Source: Phycisphaerae bacterium (GTDB taxonomy: Bacteria > Planctomycetota > Phycisphaerae > UBA1845 > Fen-1342). Taken from it: 64,000 bases of DNA. How positions within the stretch are numbered: the first letter of the stretch is position 1; each line of letters starts with the position of its first letter. Shown here in pieces: positions 55,554-64,000 of the stretch. Under the pieces are notes generated by a model. It did no database searches. It was given only the letters and a program-made list of their open reading frames with translations, and was not told the origin of the DNA. The stretch covers positions 768,001 through 832,000 of the forward strand of contig CAXXWX010000026.1 in the NCBI GenBank assembly GCA_963675745.2, in the 5' to 3' direction. The position numbers were made by a program, and so were the translations under genes.

Positions 55554-56084
55554 ATGCCCGGGCAGACGATCCTACTTGTCGACGACGAACTCGAGATCCT
55601 CTCCGACCACATTCGGAAGTTGGAGGAGGCCGGATTTGCCGTCACCCAGCGCCGCACCACGGATCAGGCCATTGATGATTTCATGAATGACCGCGGCGTG
55701 GCCTACGATCTGGTCATACTGGACATGATGATCCCGCCGCCCGATCGCGAGGAGTATCGGCACTTCTACGACGATTGGGACGGGATGCGCTCCGGCGGCC
55801 GCCTGTTGTACATCCTGCGGCAGAGCCAGCAGAACCCGCACCCGCCGGTGCTGCTGCTGTCCAACCTCAAGGATGACGAGATGCTGACGGAGGCGTGGGA
55901 TCGCTACGCGATATGGTGCGATCGTCACGACCTCGACATGCCGCCGGTCCGCTCGGACGAGGCGATGATCTCCACGCTGAGGAGCCGCTTCGGCACCTGG
56001 GTGCGTGAGAAGCGCCGCACGCCCCCCTGGCATCTACCGAAGGTTGTGCAGGAAATCCTCGCCGACAGTTCTCCAACTAACTAG
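55554..56084 (+). CDS. Single-domain response regulator
   Basis: ILLVDDE, LVILDMM.P, PVLLLS and K...P motifs; no output domain. Confidence 0.8.
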   Translation: MPGQTILLVDDELEILSDHIRKLEEAGFAVTQRRTTDQAIDDFMNDRGVAYDLVILDMMIPPPDREEYRHFYDDWDGMRSGGRLLYILRQSQQNPHPPVLLLSNLKDDEMLTEAWDRYAIWCDRHDLDMPPVRSDEAMISTLRSRFGTWVREKRRTPPWHLPKVVQEILADSSPTN

Positions 56085-56183
56085 GTCAGTGCGCACGTCT
56101 GTCCCGTACCGCCGCCGCCGGCGGTGGTGTGCATTGAGACGCGCTTGCGCTCGGGCCGCGGAATGGCTATAGTGACTGCCACG

Positions 56184-57698
56184 ATGAGCGACCAGAGATC
56201 CGATCGTATTGCCAAGCTGGACAGACTGCGTGCCCTGGAGCCGCCGGTTGATCCGTATGGCGCGCGTTTCACCGACGTCACGTCACACGCTGCGGTTCGC
56301 GCGGCCGCGGAGAAACTCGATATAGCCGAGGGGCAGATTCTCGAACCCGGCACGGGCACGAGCTTCCGAACCGCCGGTCGCGTGGTGCTGCAACGCGCGT
56401 TCGGCAATCTGATTTTCCTCACGGCGCGCGACCTGAGCGGCGATCTCCAGTACGGCCTCAGCAAGAAGCTGGTGGCGGGCAACGGCTTCAAGGTTGCGAA
56501 GCTGCTGGACCTGGGCGATATCGTCGGTGTGGACGGAGTGCTCGGACGTACGAAGACCGGCGAATTGACGCTGTGGGTCAGTGAGTTCACGCTGCTGTCC
56601 AAGTCGCTGCGGCCGCCGCCCGAGAAGTTCAAGGGACTCAAGGACGTCGAAGAGCGCTATCGTCGGCGCTACATAGATCTGGCCAGCAATGCTGAATCGC
56701 GCGAGGTTTTTGTGCGGCGCGCGCAGATCATGGCGCACATTCGCGAGGTGCTTCAACGCCGCGGCTTCCTGGAAGTTGACACGCCGGTGCTCCAGCCGTT
56801 GTACGGCGGGGCCGCCGCGCGGCCGTTTTTGACCCACCACAACACGCTCGACATGCGTCTTTACCTGCGGATCTCGCCGGAGCTGTACTTGAAGCGCTGC
56901 CTGGTGGGCGGCCTGGAGCGGGTTTACGAATTCTCGCGCTGTTTTCGCAACGAAGGTATCAGTGCGCGCCACAATCCCGAATTCACGATGCTCGAGCTCT
57001 ACCAGGCGTACGGTGATTACCACGACATGATGGAAATCACGGAGGAGATCATCGCCGGCGCGGCACGAGAGGTGACCGGCTCGACCAAGATCGCGTTCGG
57101 CGACCGTGAGATTGACTACACCACCCCCTGGCCGCGGCGCAAGTACGCCGACCTGTTCGCCGAGTACGTGGGCTTTCCGCTTTCCGAAATCGCTCAAGCC
57201 CGCGCTCGTGCGCGGGAGCTGAAGATCGAGGAGCACAAGCTGGACGACGCAGTCGTGATCAATGTCCTCTTCGAGCATTACGTCGAGCCGCACCTGATCA
57301 ACCCGACGTTTGTGATCGACTATCCGGCCCCGCTGTGCCCGCTCACCAAACGGCATCCGGACGATGCGAGTGTCGCGCTGCGTTTCGAGGTTTTCATCAA
57401 TCGCATGGAGCTGGGCAACGCCTACAGCGAGTTGAATGATCCGCGCGTGCAGGAGGAGACCTTCAGCAGGCAGCTTCGCGGCGAGGAAGACGAGACGATG
57501 GCGGTCATGGATACTGACTTCATCGAGGCCCTCGAGTACGGCATGCCCCCCGCCGGTGGTCTCGGCCTGGGCGTTGACCGCCTGGTCATGCTTCTTACCG
57601 GCAGCCAGAACATTCGCGACGTGATCCTGTTTCCGCTGCAACGGCCAGAGCAGACACACGACACGTCGCAGTCTGATTCGGATGAGCCGTCGGAGTGA
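56184..57698 (+). CDS. lysS: Lysine--tRNA ligase (class II)
   Basis: RYRRRY.DL, GGA.ARPF.THHN, FRNEGI...HNPEFT, ELGNAYSELNDP and YGMPPAGG.G.G.DRL motifs. Confidence 0.97.
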   Translation: MSDQRSDRIAKLDRLRALEPPVDPYGARFTDVTSHAAVRAAAEKLDIAEGQILEPGTGTSFRTAGRVVLQRAFGNLIFLTARDLSGDLQYGLSKKLVAGNGFKVAKLLDLGDIVGVDGVLGRTKTGELTLWVSEFTLLSKSLRPPPEKFKGLKDVEERYRRRYIDLASNAESREVFVRRAQIMAHIREVLQRRGFLEVDTPVLQPLYGGAAARPFLTHHNTLDMRLYLRISPELYLKRCLVGGLERVYEFSRCFRNEGISARHNPEFTMLELYQAYGDYHDMMEITEEIIAGAAREVTGSTKIAFGDREIDYTTPWPRRKYADLFAEYVGFPLSEIAQARARARELKIEEHKLDDAVVINVLFEHYVEPHLINPTFVIDYPAPLCPLTKRHPDDASVALRFEVFINRMELGNAYSELNDPRVQEETFSRQLRGEEDETMAVMDTDFIEALEYGMPPAGGLGLGVDRLVMLLTGSQNIRDVILFPLQRPEQTHDTSQSDSDEPSE

Positions 57699-57877
57699 CG
57701 CAGTAATAATCGACGGTTGCGCACAGTCACCCCGACGCCGCGCACGCGCTCAGCAGCTTGCGGCAATCAGGGCCAGCCAGTATACCGGCTGGCGACGCGG
57801 GCCACGGAAGACCCGCCGATGCGTGACAGCGATCTCGGGTTCAGCACCCGCGCGCCGCGAGTCGAGACCAACGCGAG

Positions 57878-59488
57878 TTGTACAAGCTCTTTCTCACAAT
57901 CCGGTACTTGCGAAAACGCCGAATCGCGTACTTCGCCATTGTTGCGGTGGCACTGTGCGTGGCCATGGTGCTCACAGTCATGTCGGTCATGCAGGGGTTT
58001 CTGGATAATGTGAAGCTGCGCGCCAGGGGCCTTTTGGGCGACGTGATAGTCGACAATCGCGCGTATAGCGGCTTTCCTCTGTACGAGGAGTTTATCGAGG
58101 AAATCCGCCAGTGGCCGGAAGTGGTCGCCGCCACGCCGGTGATTTACTCCTACGGTCTGATCCGTTTCCCCGACACCGAGCAAAGCGGGACGGTCCGAGT
58201 GGTCGGGTTGCGGCTGGAGGAGGCCTACGAGGTCAATGCCTTCAGATCGAGTCTCTATTACGAAGAGCAATATCCGGGTGCGACTCAGCTTGGTGACGTG
58301 CGCCAGCCGCGCATCGGCGTGAAGTGGGAGGAGTTGCCGGAACAAGGCGGGTGGAAGCCGATTCCATCTCTGCCAGAGCCGTACGCGACGGCGCTGCAAC
58401 AAGCCAGAGCCCGCGGTGTGGTTGACGAGGATGAGGATCCGGACAAGGCGTCCAATCCGCATGATATCGACATTCCGCCCGGGCGGTTCGCCGCCGTACC
58501 GTTCGAGGGTCCGCGCGATACGGAGCCCGACTATGTGGGTGAGCCGCGGCCCGGTCTGATCATCGGGCGTGATATTGTCGCCGAGCGGCTGTCGGATGGG
58601 CGGTATGAGCGTTTCTATGACTGTGGTGAGCGCGTGCACGTCACGCTCTTGCAGGTTTTGCCGAACGGGACGGTCGATCAACCGGTGAAACAGGCGTTTC
58701 GTTACGTTGATGATTCGCGCACGGGGATTTTCGAGATCGACTCGAGACATGTGTATTGCGACTTCGACCTGCTGCAAAAGCTGCTGCTGATGGATGCGGC
58801 CGAACGCGCCGACGGCAGCGGCACGGCGCCGGCCCGCTGTTCGCAGGTTCAGATCAAGCTGGTCCCGAATCTGACCGGCACTCAGCACAAGAGCATCGCC
58901 AGGCGGCTCGAGCAGTGTTATCTGGCGCTCGCGAGCGAACCGCGCTTCGATCTCGACTTCTGGGAGCAGCGGCTCGTCAGCCGTATCACCGCCGTGACCT
59001 GGGAGGAGTCACAGGCTCACATCATCGAGCCGGTCGAGAAAGAGCGCATCCTGGTGACGATTATCCTGGGGGTTATCTCGTGCGTGTCGGGCGTGCTCGT
59101 GTTGTGCATTCTGTACATGATCGTGCTTCAGAAGACGCGCGATATCGGGATCGTCAAGGCCATCGGCGGCTCTTCGATGGGTGTGGCGCTCACGTTCGTC
59201 GGCTACGGCACGGCCATCGGCATCGTGGGAAGCGTTGTCGGCGGCGTCGGGGGATTCTGTTTTGTCACGTACATCAACGAGTTCCAGGCGTTTCTGGTCA
59301 GTTTGAACCCTGCGTGGCAGGTGTGGGACCGCTCCGTGTACTCGTTTGACGAGATTCCGAACCAGGTATCCCCCTGGGACATCGGCACGGTAGTCGTGGC
59401 CGCCGTGGGCCTGTCAATCCTGGGGTCGCTGTTGGCGGCCTGGCGTGCGGGTTCGATGGAGCCGGTGAAGGCGTTGTCCTATGAATAG
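57878..59488 (+). CDS. LolC/E-family ABC transporter permease
   Basis: RYL, N-terminal TM + SVM.GF, large periplasmic loop, K.RDIGI.KA.G, three C-terminal TM, and A..M.PV.AL.YE; TTG start. Confidence 0.88.
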   Translation: MYKLFLTIRYLRKRRIAYFAIVAVALCVAMVLTVMSVMQGFLDNVKLRARGLLGDVIVDNRAYSGFPLYEEFIEEIRQWPEVVAATPVIYSYGLIRFPDTEQSGTVRVVGLRLEEAYEVNAFRSSLYYEEQYPGATQLGDVRQPRIGVKWEELPEQGGWKPIPSLPEPYATALQQARARGVVDEDEDPDKASNPHDIDIPPGRFAAVPFEGPRDTEPDYVGEPRPGLIIGRDIVAERLSDGRYERFYDCGERVHVTLLQVLPNGTVDQPVKQAFRYVDDSRTGIFEIDSRHVYCDFDLLQKLLLMDAAERADGSGTAPARCSQVQIKLVPNLTGTQHKSIARRLEQCYLALASEPRFDLDFWEQRLVSRITAVTWEESQAHIIEPVEKERILVTIILGVISCVSGVLVLCILYMIVLQKTRDIGIVKAIGGSSMGVALTFVGYGTAIGIVGSVVGGVGGFCFVTYINEFQAFLVSLNPAWQVWDRSVYSFDEIPNQVSPWDIGTVVVAAVGLSILGSLLAAWRAGSMEPVKALSYE

Positions 59489-60443
59489 CGCACTGCTGCG
59501 CACTGACGCGCTGAAGAAACACTACCAGATGGGACGCACGCGCCTCGACGTATTGCGCGGCTGTGAGCTCAACGTCCGGGAAGGCGAATTCATCACCATC
59601 ATGGGCAAGTCCGGCAGCGGCAAGAGCACGCTGCTGCACATTCTGGGCGCGCTGGACGTGCCCACCAGCGGTGAGGTCTATTTCAACGGGGCCGCCGTTT
59701 GTCGGCCTGACACGGCGATCGCGAGCCTTGGCGCGTGGTTGGACGGCATAGTTGCGTGGTTCCAGCGCCTGATCATGTTCGTGCTGTTGTGGATACTGCT
59801 GCCGGGATTTGCCCTGTTCATGCTGGCGGCCGTCTTCTTCATCGAGACAATCTCGGCGCACTTGTTCACTATCCTCGGCGTGATTACGGCCGCATTGGCC
59901 CTGCTTCCGCTTTACGTCGGTTTGCTGCTATGCCGTCTGCTGCTGGCGGACTTCGTCGGCCACCGCCGGATCGCCCTGCGCCGCCGCGCGTTTGGGTTTG
60001 TCTTTCAGTTTTATCACCTTCTTCCGGAATTGAACGTGCTCGAGAATGTGCTGCTGCCGCGCATGACAAAGAAGTGGCCCTGGACGTGGCTGTGGGAGCG
60101 CCGCGCCGCGCGGATCGATGCACTGGCGATTCTCAAGCGCGTCGGACTCGGGGGACGGCTGAAGCATCACCCCGGCGAACTCTCCGGGGGCGAGCGGCAA
60201 CGGGTGGCCATCGCCCGCGCCCTGGTTCACCGGCCGCGCGTTCTGCTGGCCGATGAGCCGACCGGCAATCTGGATGCCGAAGCCGGCCGCGGGATCATGG
60301 ATGTGCTCAGCGGTCTCCATGCGGAGGGCCAGACGATTGTGATGGTCACGCACGACCCGGCTTTGGCGAAGTACACGGACCGTGTGCTTCACCTGGAGAA
60401 CGGCCGGCTCCGCGAAGTCCGAGCTGACGCCGATACCGCGTAG
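59481..60443 (+). CDS. lolD: LolD-family ABC ATPase with an internal hydrophobic insertion
   Basis: GKSGSGKSTLL, GFVFQFYHLLPEL..LENV, LSGGERQR, LADEPTGNLD and MVTHD motifs; ~80-aa hydrophobic insert after Walker A. Confidence 0.85.
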   Translation: MNSALLRTDALKKHYQMGRTRLDVLRGCELNVREGEFITIMGKSGSGKSTLLHILGALDVPTSGEVYFNGAAVCRPDTAIASLGAWLDGIVAWFQRLIMFVLLWILLPGFALFMLAAVFFIETISAHLFTILGVITAALALLPLYVGLLLCRLLLADFVGHRRIALRRRAFGFVFQFYHLLPELNVLENVLLPRMTKKWPWTWLWERRAARIDALAILKRVGLGGRLKHHPGELSGGERQRVAIARALVHRPRVLLADEPTGNLDAEAGRGIMDVLSGLHAEGQTIVMVTHDPALAKYTDRVLHLENGRLREVRADADTA

Positions 60444-60458
60444 CAACCGGCGCCGCTC

Positions 60459-62423
60459 TCAGGCCTCCTCGCTCTCGACGGGAATTCGAACAGTGAAGGT
60501 GCTGCCCTTGCCAAGCTCGGAGCGGACTTCGACCTTGCCCTGATGGGCGGCGGTGATGCGTTTGACAATGGCCAACCCCAGGCCGGTGCCGCGTGTTTTG
60601 CGCACGCGTGGGTCAGCGCCGCGTTCGAAGCCGCGGCCGAGGCGGCGAAGCTGGCTCCGCGCCATCCCAATCCCGTGATCCTCGACCTCGATCAGCACCT
60701 CGTTACGCCGGCGCCAGACAGCCACACGCAGGTACTTCCGATCCGACGAATAGCGGTGGGCGTTTTGCAGCAGATTGACGAGCACCTGTTCGAGCGCCGC
60801 CGGATCGGCCGTGATCGTCGGTAAATCCGGGGCGATGTCGAGCTGGCACTCAAAGCCCTCTTCGCGCAATCGGGGTTGAAACAGCGACCAGGCCTGGCGC
60901 ACGATCTGCCCGGGATCACACCGCGACATGTCGTAGTGGCGGCGCCCGGAGGCCAGGCGGCTGAAGTCCAGGATGTTGTCGAGCAGCATCGTCAGACGCT
61001 CACTCTCACGCGCTATCGTCTGATGGTACTCGCGGGCACGTTCGGCGTCGCTGACGCGTCCGGCCTCGAGAGTTTCGGCGGAGAGCCTGATCAGGGCCAA
61101 CGGCGTTTTCAGCTCATGGCTCATGTCCGCCATGAATTGCTGCTGCATCCGCACCAGCTCCCGCCGTCTATTCAGGGCGCGCATCACCAGCCAGATCACC
61201 ACGGCCCAGGCGCCGGTGGTGCCGATGCTGACGCTGACCAGAAAACCCAGTCTGCGCTGGGCTGATTCGCGCAGGCGTGTCAACGTCGCCCGCGACGGCG
61301 TGAGGGCCAAGCCGCCAAAGCACTCCGGCAGCCGGCAGAACAGCTCACCCTCGGCCGCCTCGGCGGGAGAAAGTACGCGCCAGCGCCGCTCGGGGGTTTC
61401 GCGATACCAATAGCGACGAATGACGTTATCGAGCGTGGCCACCAGCACGATCTGCCGATCATCGCGCGTGCGCTGCACAACCGCCAGCATGGCAGCCGCC
61501 TGCGCTGGCTTGAGGGTGGCGAATGCGATCTCCTCAGGCGCGAGCGCGCGGGTCGGTGGAAACGTGCTGAGCAGCGCGGTTTGAATCGCGGGCAGCGCGG
61601 CGCGCACCTCGGCCCGTCGGGCGAGCTGTGTCAACATCTCGTCAAATGGATCAGAAGCGAACGGTCGGCGCGGGATGGCCTCGACTCGGCTTTGTACCAG
61701 GGCGACCTCGGCTGGGCCGAACGCCGCCGTGTGGGCCGCGGCCATGGCATCCAGCAGAAGGCCCAGTTCATGTCGTGCCGCCGGCAGCTCCAGGCGATCC
61801 AGTTGGCAATCTACCACCGCCAGGCGCGCGCCAAATGCGCCGCGCCAGCCCGCCGGATCGGCGTCGAAGATCTCCGCGGCGCGCATGTAATCGCGCGCCG
61901 CCGCTCGCAGCAACCCCAGCTTTCGCGAGTTCGCCGCGGCGGCCAGCAGCGCCGACACGACCACCGGCCCGTCAGCGGTCTCACTGAGCGACTCGTAGTG
62001 CTCGACCGCGGCGGTCGGATCGTGGTCGGCAAACTCCAGCACCTCGCCTTCCTCGAGTTGATCATCGTACACAAGCGGCAGTGGCGCTTCGGTCGGTGTG
62101 CGCGGGTAGAAGTGATATGTCCCGCCACGATCATCGCTCCCGACAAACCACCAGAAGCGCTGCTCGCACGTCCAGGAATCGAGGGCATCCTCACCAATGT
62201 CACGGGCCGCCGTCGCCGCGTACAACCAGTTCTCCAGCTCGAGGCGAAACTCGCGTTCGCGTTCGATGGCGGCGTGCTGGGCCGCCTGTCGCTCGGCATC
62301 GAGTTCGCGCGCTTCGAGTGTGAGTCCCTGCCGCGCTACCGCCGAGACAATCAGCCACGTCAGCGTCAGGCTGATGGTGACGGCCAGGGCCGAGAGCAGT
62401 CGATCGGTGTTCCAACGCGGCAC
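60459..62423 (-). CDS. Membrane sensor histidine kinase
   Basis: Two TM flanking a large periplasmic helical domain; SHELKTPL, NLL.NA, DHGIG, GTGLGL and GKGSTF motifs. Confidence 0.92.
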   Translation of the reverse strand: MPRWNTDRLLSALAVTISLTLTWLIVSAVARQGLTLEARELDAERQAAQHAAIEREREFRLELENWLYAATAARDIGEDALDSWTCEQRFWWFVGSDDRGGTYHFYPRTPTEAPLPLVYDDQLEEGEVLEFADHDPTAAVEHYESLSETADGPVVVSALLAAAANSRKLGLLRAAARDYMRAAEIFDADPAGWRGAFGARLAVVDCQLDRLELPAARHELGLLLDAMAAAHTAAFGPAEVALVQSRVEAIPRRPFASDPFDEMLTQLARRAEVRAALPAIQTALLSTFPPTRALAPEEIAFATLKPAQAAAMLAVVQRTRDDRQIVLVATLDNVIRRYWYRETPERRWRVLSPAEAAEGELFCRLPECFGGLALTPSRATLTRLRESAQRRLGFLVSVSIGTTGAWAVVIWLVMRALNRRRELVRMQQQFMADMSHELKTPLALIRLSAETLEAGRVSDAERAREYHQTIARESERLTMLLDNILDFSRLASGRRHYDMSRCDPGQIVRQAWSLFQPRLREEGFECQLDIAPDLPTITADPAALEQVLVNLLQNAHRYSSDRKYLRVAVWRRRNEVLIEVEDHGIGMARSQLRRLGRGFERGADPRVRKTRGTGLGLAIVKRITAAHQGKVEVRSELGKGSTFTVRIPVESEEA

Positions 62424-62426
62424 AGG

Positions 62427-63977
62427 TCACTCCGGATGATCGGCCGTGGCTGCGTCATCAGCGCCGTGGCGTAGACTGGTTTGCAGCACGCGAGCCGCCC
62501 GCTCGCGCAGCGGCTCGAACCACACCGCCAGATCGATCGGATTGAAAGCGTCCTCGCGGACCAGCGGCAGGTCGGCACCACCCACGCGCAGCGTCAGGAT
62601 CGTCCTGTCGCGCGGGCCGTGCGTACCATGCACGCGCAGCACCTCATCGTGAACTTCGATGCGCAGGCCGAGTTGGGAATACTCTATGCGTTCCGGCAGC
62701 TTGACCCAGCCGGGTAACAAATTGTCGAGGTCCAGTCCGAAGCCCTCGCGCAGCACGGTCTTCAGAAACGCGAACTCGATCCAGCGCGCCTCGCCGTCGG
62801 GCACGTTAACGCGCAGCGTCGCGGCCAGCGACGTCAGGCGGTTGTGCTGGACAGTCAGGTCCTCGATGACGACATCCAGGTCACCGTTCATGCGTCCCCG
62901 GCCGAGCGCCGCGGTAAGCTGCTCTAGTGAATACCCGGTACACTCGCCGGAAGCGACCAGCAGGTCGATGCCCTCGGGCGAGAGGTCGGCCTGCCGGATG
63001 CGGAGTGTCACTGTGCCGCCGCCGCTGGGGTATTGCCACACATCGAGCAGATCATCCGGCGCGATGCCCGCCAGCACGCCGCGAAAACGCAGCCTCACCG
63101 GCCGGTCGTTCTCGACCCGAAACTCGTTGACCTCCAGTTCGGGACAACGCCCCTGCCAGGGCTCATCGAACAAGCCGCCGGTCAACTCGGCGAGCATCAC
63201 GTCGGTGAAGCCGCCGCTGACCACGGTGGTCTGGTCGGTTCCCGATTCGCGGTGGACGAGCGTGCCCTCGAACGTACCCGAGCGAACCTGCGTGTTCAGA
63301 ATCGACTCGAGGCGCATGATTGCCAGCGGCATGGGTGGTACACGCAATTCGAGCATGTCAACCTGCACCCCCTCCGCGCGGGCCGAGAAGGCCGCGTTTA
63401 GAAACACCGGCGTGGGCACCTCGCAGTCGTTGAAAACGCGACAGGCAACGGCGGCGCGGCCGATGCGCTGATTCTCGAAAACCACCCGGCCGCCGGCTTC
63501 GCGCAGGTCAAGGTGAAAATCGCCACGCGACACGTGAAGGCTCATGTTGCTGAAGCGCACCTGGCGCGGCCCGTCGGGTCCAAACCCCGGGCGCAAACCC
63601 TGCTCAAGCACACGCCGATATCCGGGACGCAGCCAGGTCCGCGACGAAATTTCGCAAAACCCGTCGAAAAGGTCTATTTCGTATTCGTCTTCATGGTTAT
63701 CGGGCAGGTAGGCGACCAGAGCCCGCTCGCAGCGGAACGCCTGACCATCGCGGTCCGGCAACCATACGATGACGTCGTCGAATTGCTGCGATCGCCACGA
63801 GCGCGGTACCACGCGGCCAATCTGAGCCGGCAGGCCCAGTGAGTCGCTCAAATGCGCACGGCAGGTCTCCCGATAGCGGTTGCTGCGCCAGTACCAGGCG
63901 TAGCCGCCGGTCCACGACAGCGACGCGAACAGCACCACGATCAGCACCCCCGCCGCAATAATCCGACCCGTTCGCAT
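62427..63977 (-). CDS. Hypothetical membrane-anchored beta-rich protein (possibly AsmA-like)
   Basis: N-terminal TM followed by alternating beta-strand-like sequence; TAGAAT 7 nt before the ATG; 3 nt upstream of the kinase gene. Confidence 0.6.
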   Translation of the reverse strand: MRTGRIIAAGVLIVVLFASLSWTGGYAWYWRSNRYRETCRAHLSDSLGLPAQIGRVVPRSWRSQQFDDVIVWLPDRDGQAFRCERALVAYLPDNHEDEYEIDLFDGFCEISSRTWLRPGYRRVLEQGLRPGFGPDGPRQVRFSNMSLHVSRGDFHLDLREAGGRVVFENQRIGRAAVACRVFNDCEVPTPVFLNAAFSARAEGVQVDMLELRVPPMPLAIMRLESILNTQVRSGTFEGTLVHRESGTDQTTVVSGGFTDVMLAELTGGLFDEPWQGRCPELEVNEFRVENDRPVRLRFRGVLAGIAPDDLLDVWQYPSGGGTVTLRIRQADLSPEGIDLLVASGECTGYSLEQLTAALGRGRMNGDLDVVIEDLTVQHNRLTSLAATLRVNVPDGEARWIEFAFLKTVLREGFGLDLDNLLPGWVKLPERIEYSQLGLRIEVHDEVLRVHGTHGPRDRTILTLRVGGADLPLVREDAFNPIDLAVWFEPLRERAARVLQTSLRHGADDAATADHPE

Positions 63978-64000
63978 AGGCGGGATTCTAACTGTCGGCG

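Noticed and set aside
352..63842. Many long antisense or alternate-frame ORFs (e.g. 352..1356, 4817..6130, 10900..12054, 33785..35020, 56283..57659, 57767..58888)
   Set aside because: They shadow well-supported genes and have no motifs. They are expected from GC-rich codon bias, which depletes stop codons.

Overview
A GC-rich bacterial chromosome segment. The gene set (DUF4159, a DUF1559-like prepilin, planctomycete-style ECF sigma factors, a Cys-Gly C-terminal anchor) suggests Planctomycetota, probably Phycisphaerae; this is an inference. Housekeeping genes include fabF, prmC, murA, znuACB, rpsP-trmD-rplS, rho, smpB, sodA, lysS, lolE/lolD and a probable 6S RNA. They flank a ~17 kb respiratory locus (10.4-27.0 kb) carrying about 50 heme-c attachment motifs by manual count. 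The locus holds a System II cytochrome c synthase (ccsB/ccsA), a lipoprotein octaheme OTR-family cytochrome on a (Gly-Thr-Asp)9 stalk and a PAS-LuxR regulator. It also holds two paralogous multiheme-c/cytochrome-b modules (one fused to a triheme domain, one split from it) and a 20-heme cytochrome fused to an NHL beta-propeller, with apbE adjacent. Other notable signals: a LolD ATPase with an ~80-aa hydrophobic hairpin inserted into its nucleotide-binding domain; repeated -10 boxes 6-7 nt before ATG, suggesting leaderless mRNAs; two REP-like repeat families; a compensating double frameshift; and several probable pseudo-enzymes. No CRISPR array, tRNA, rRNA, transposase or prophage was seen. All family assignments come from motif recognition by eye, not from database searches.
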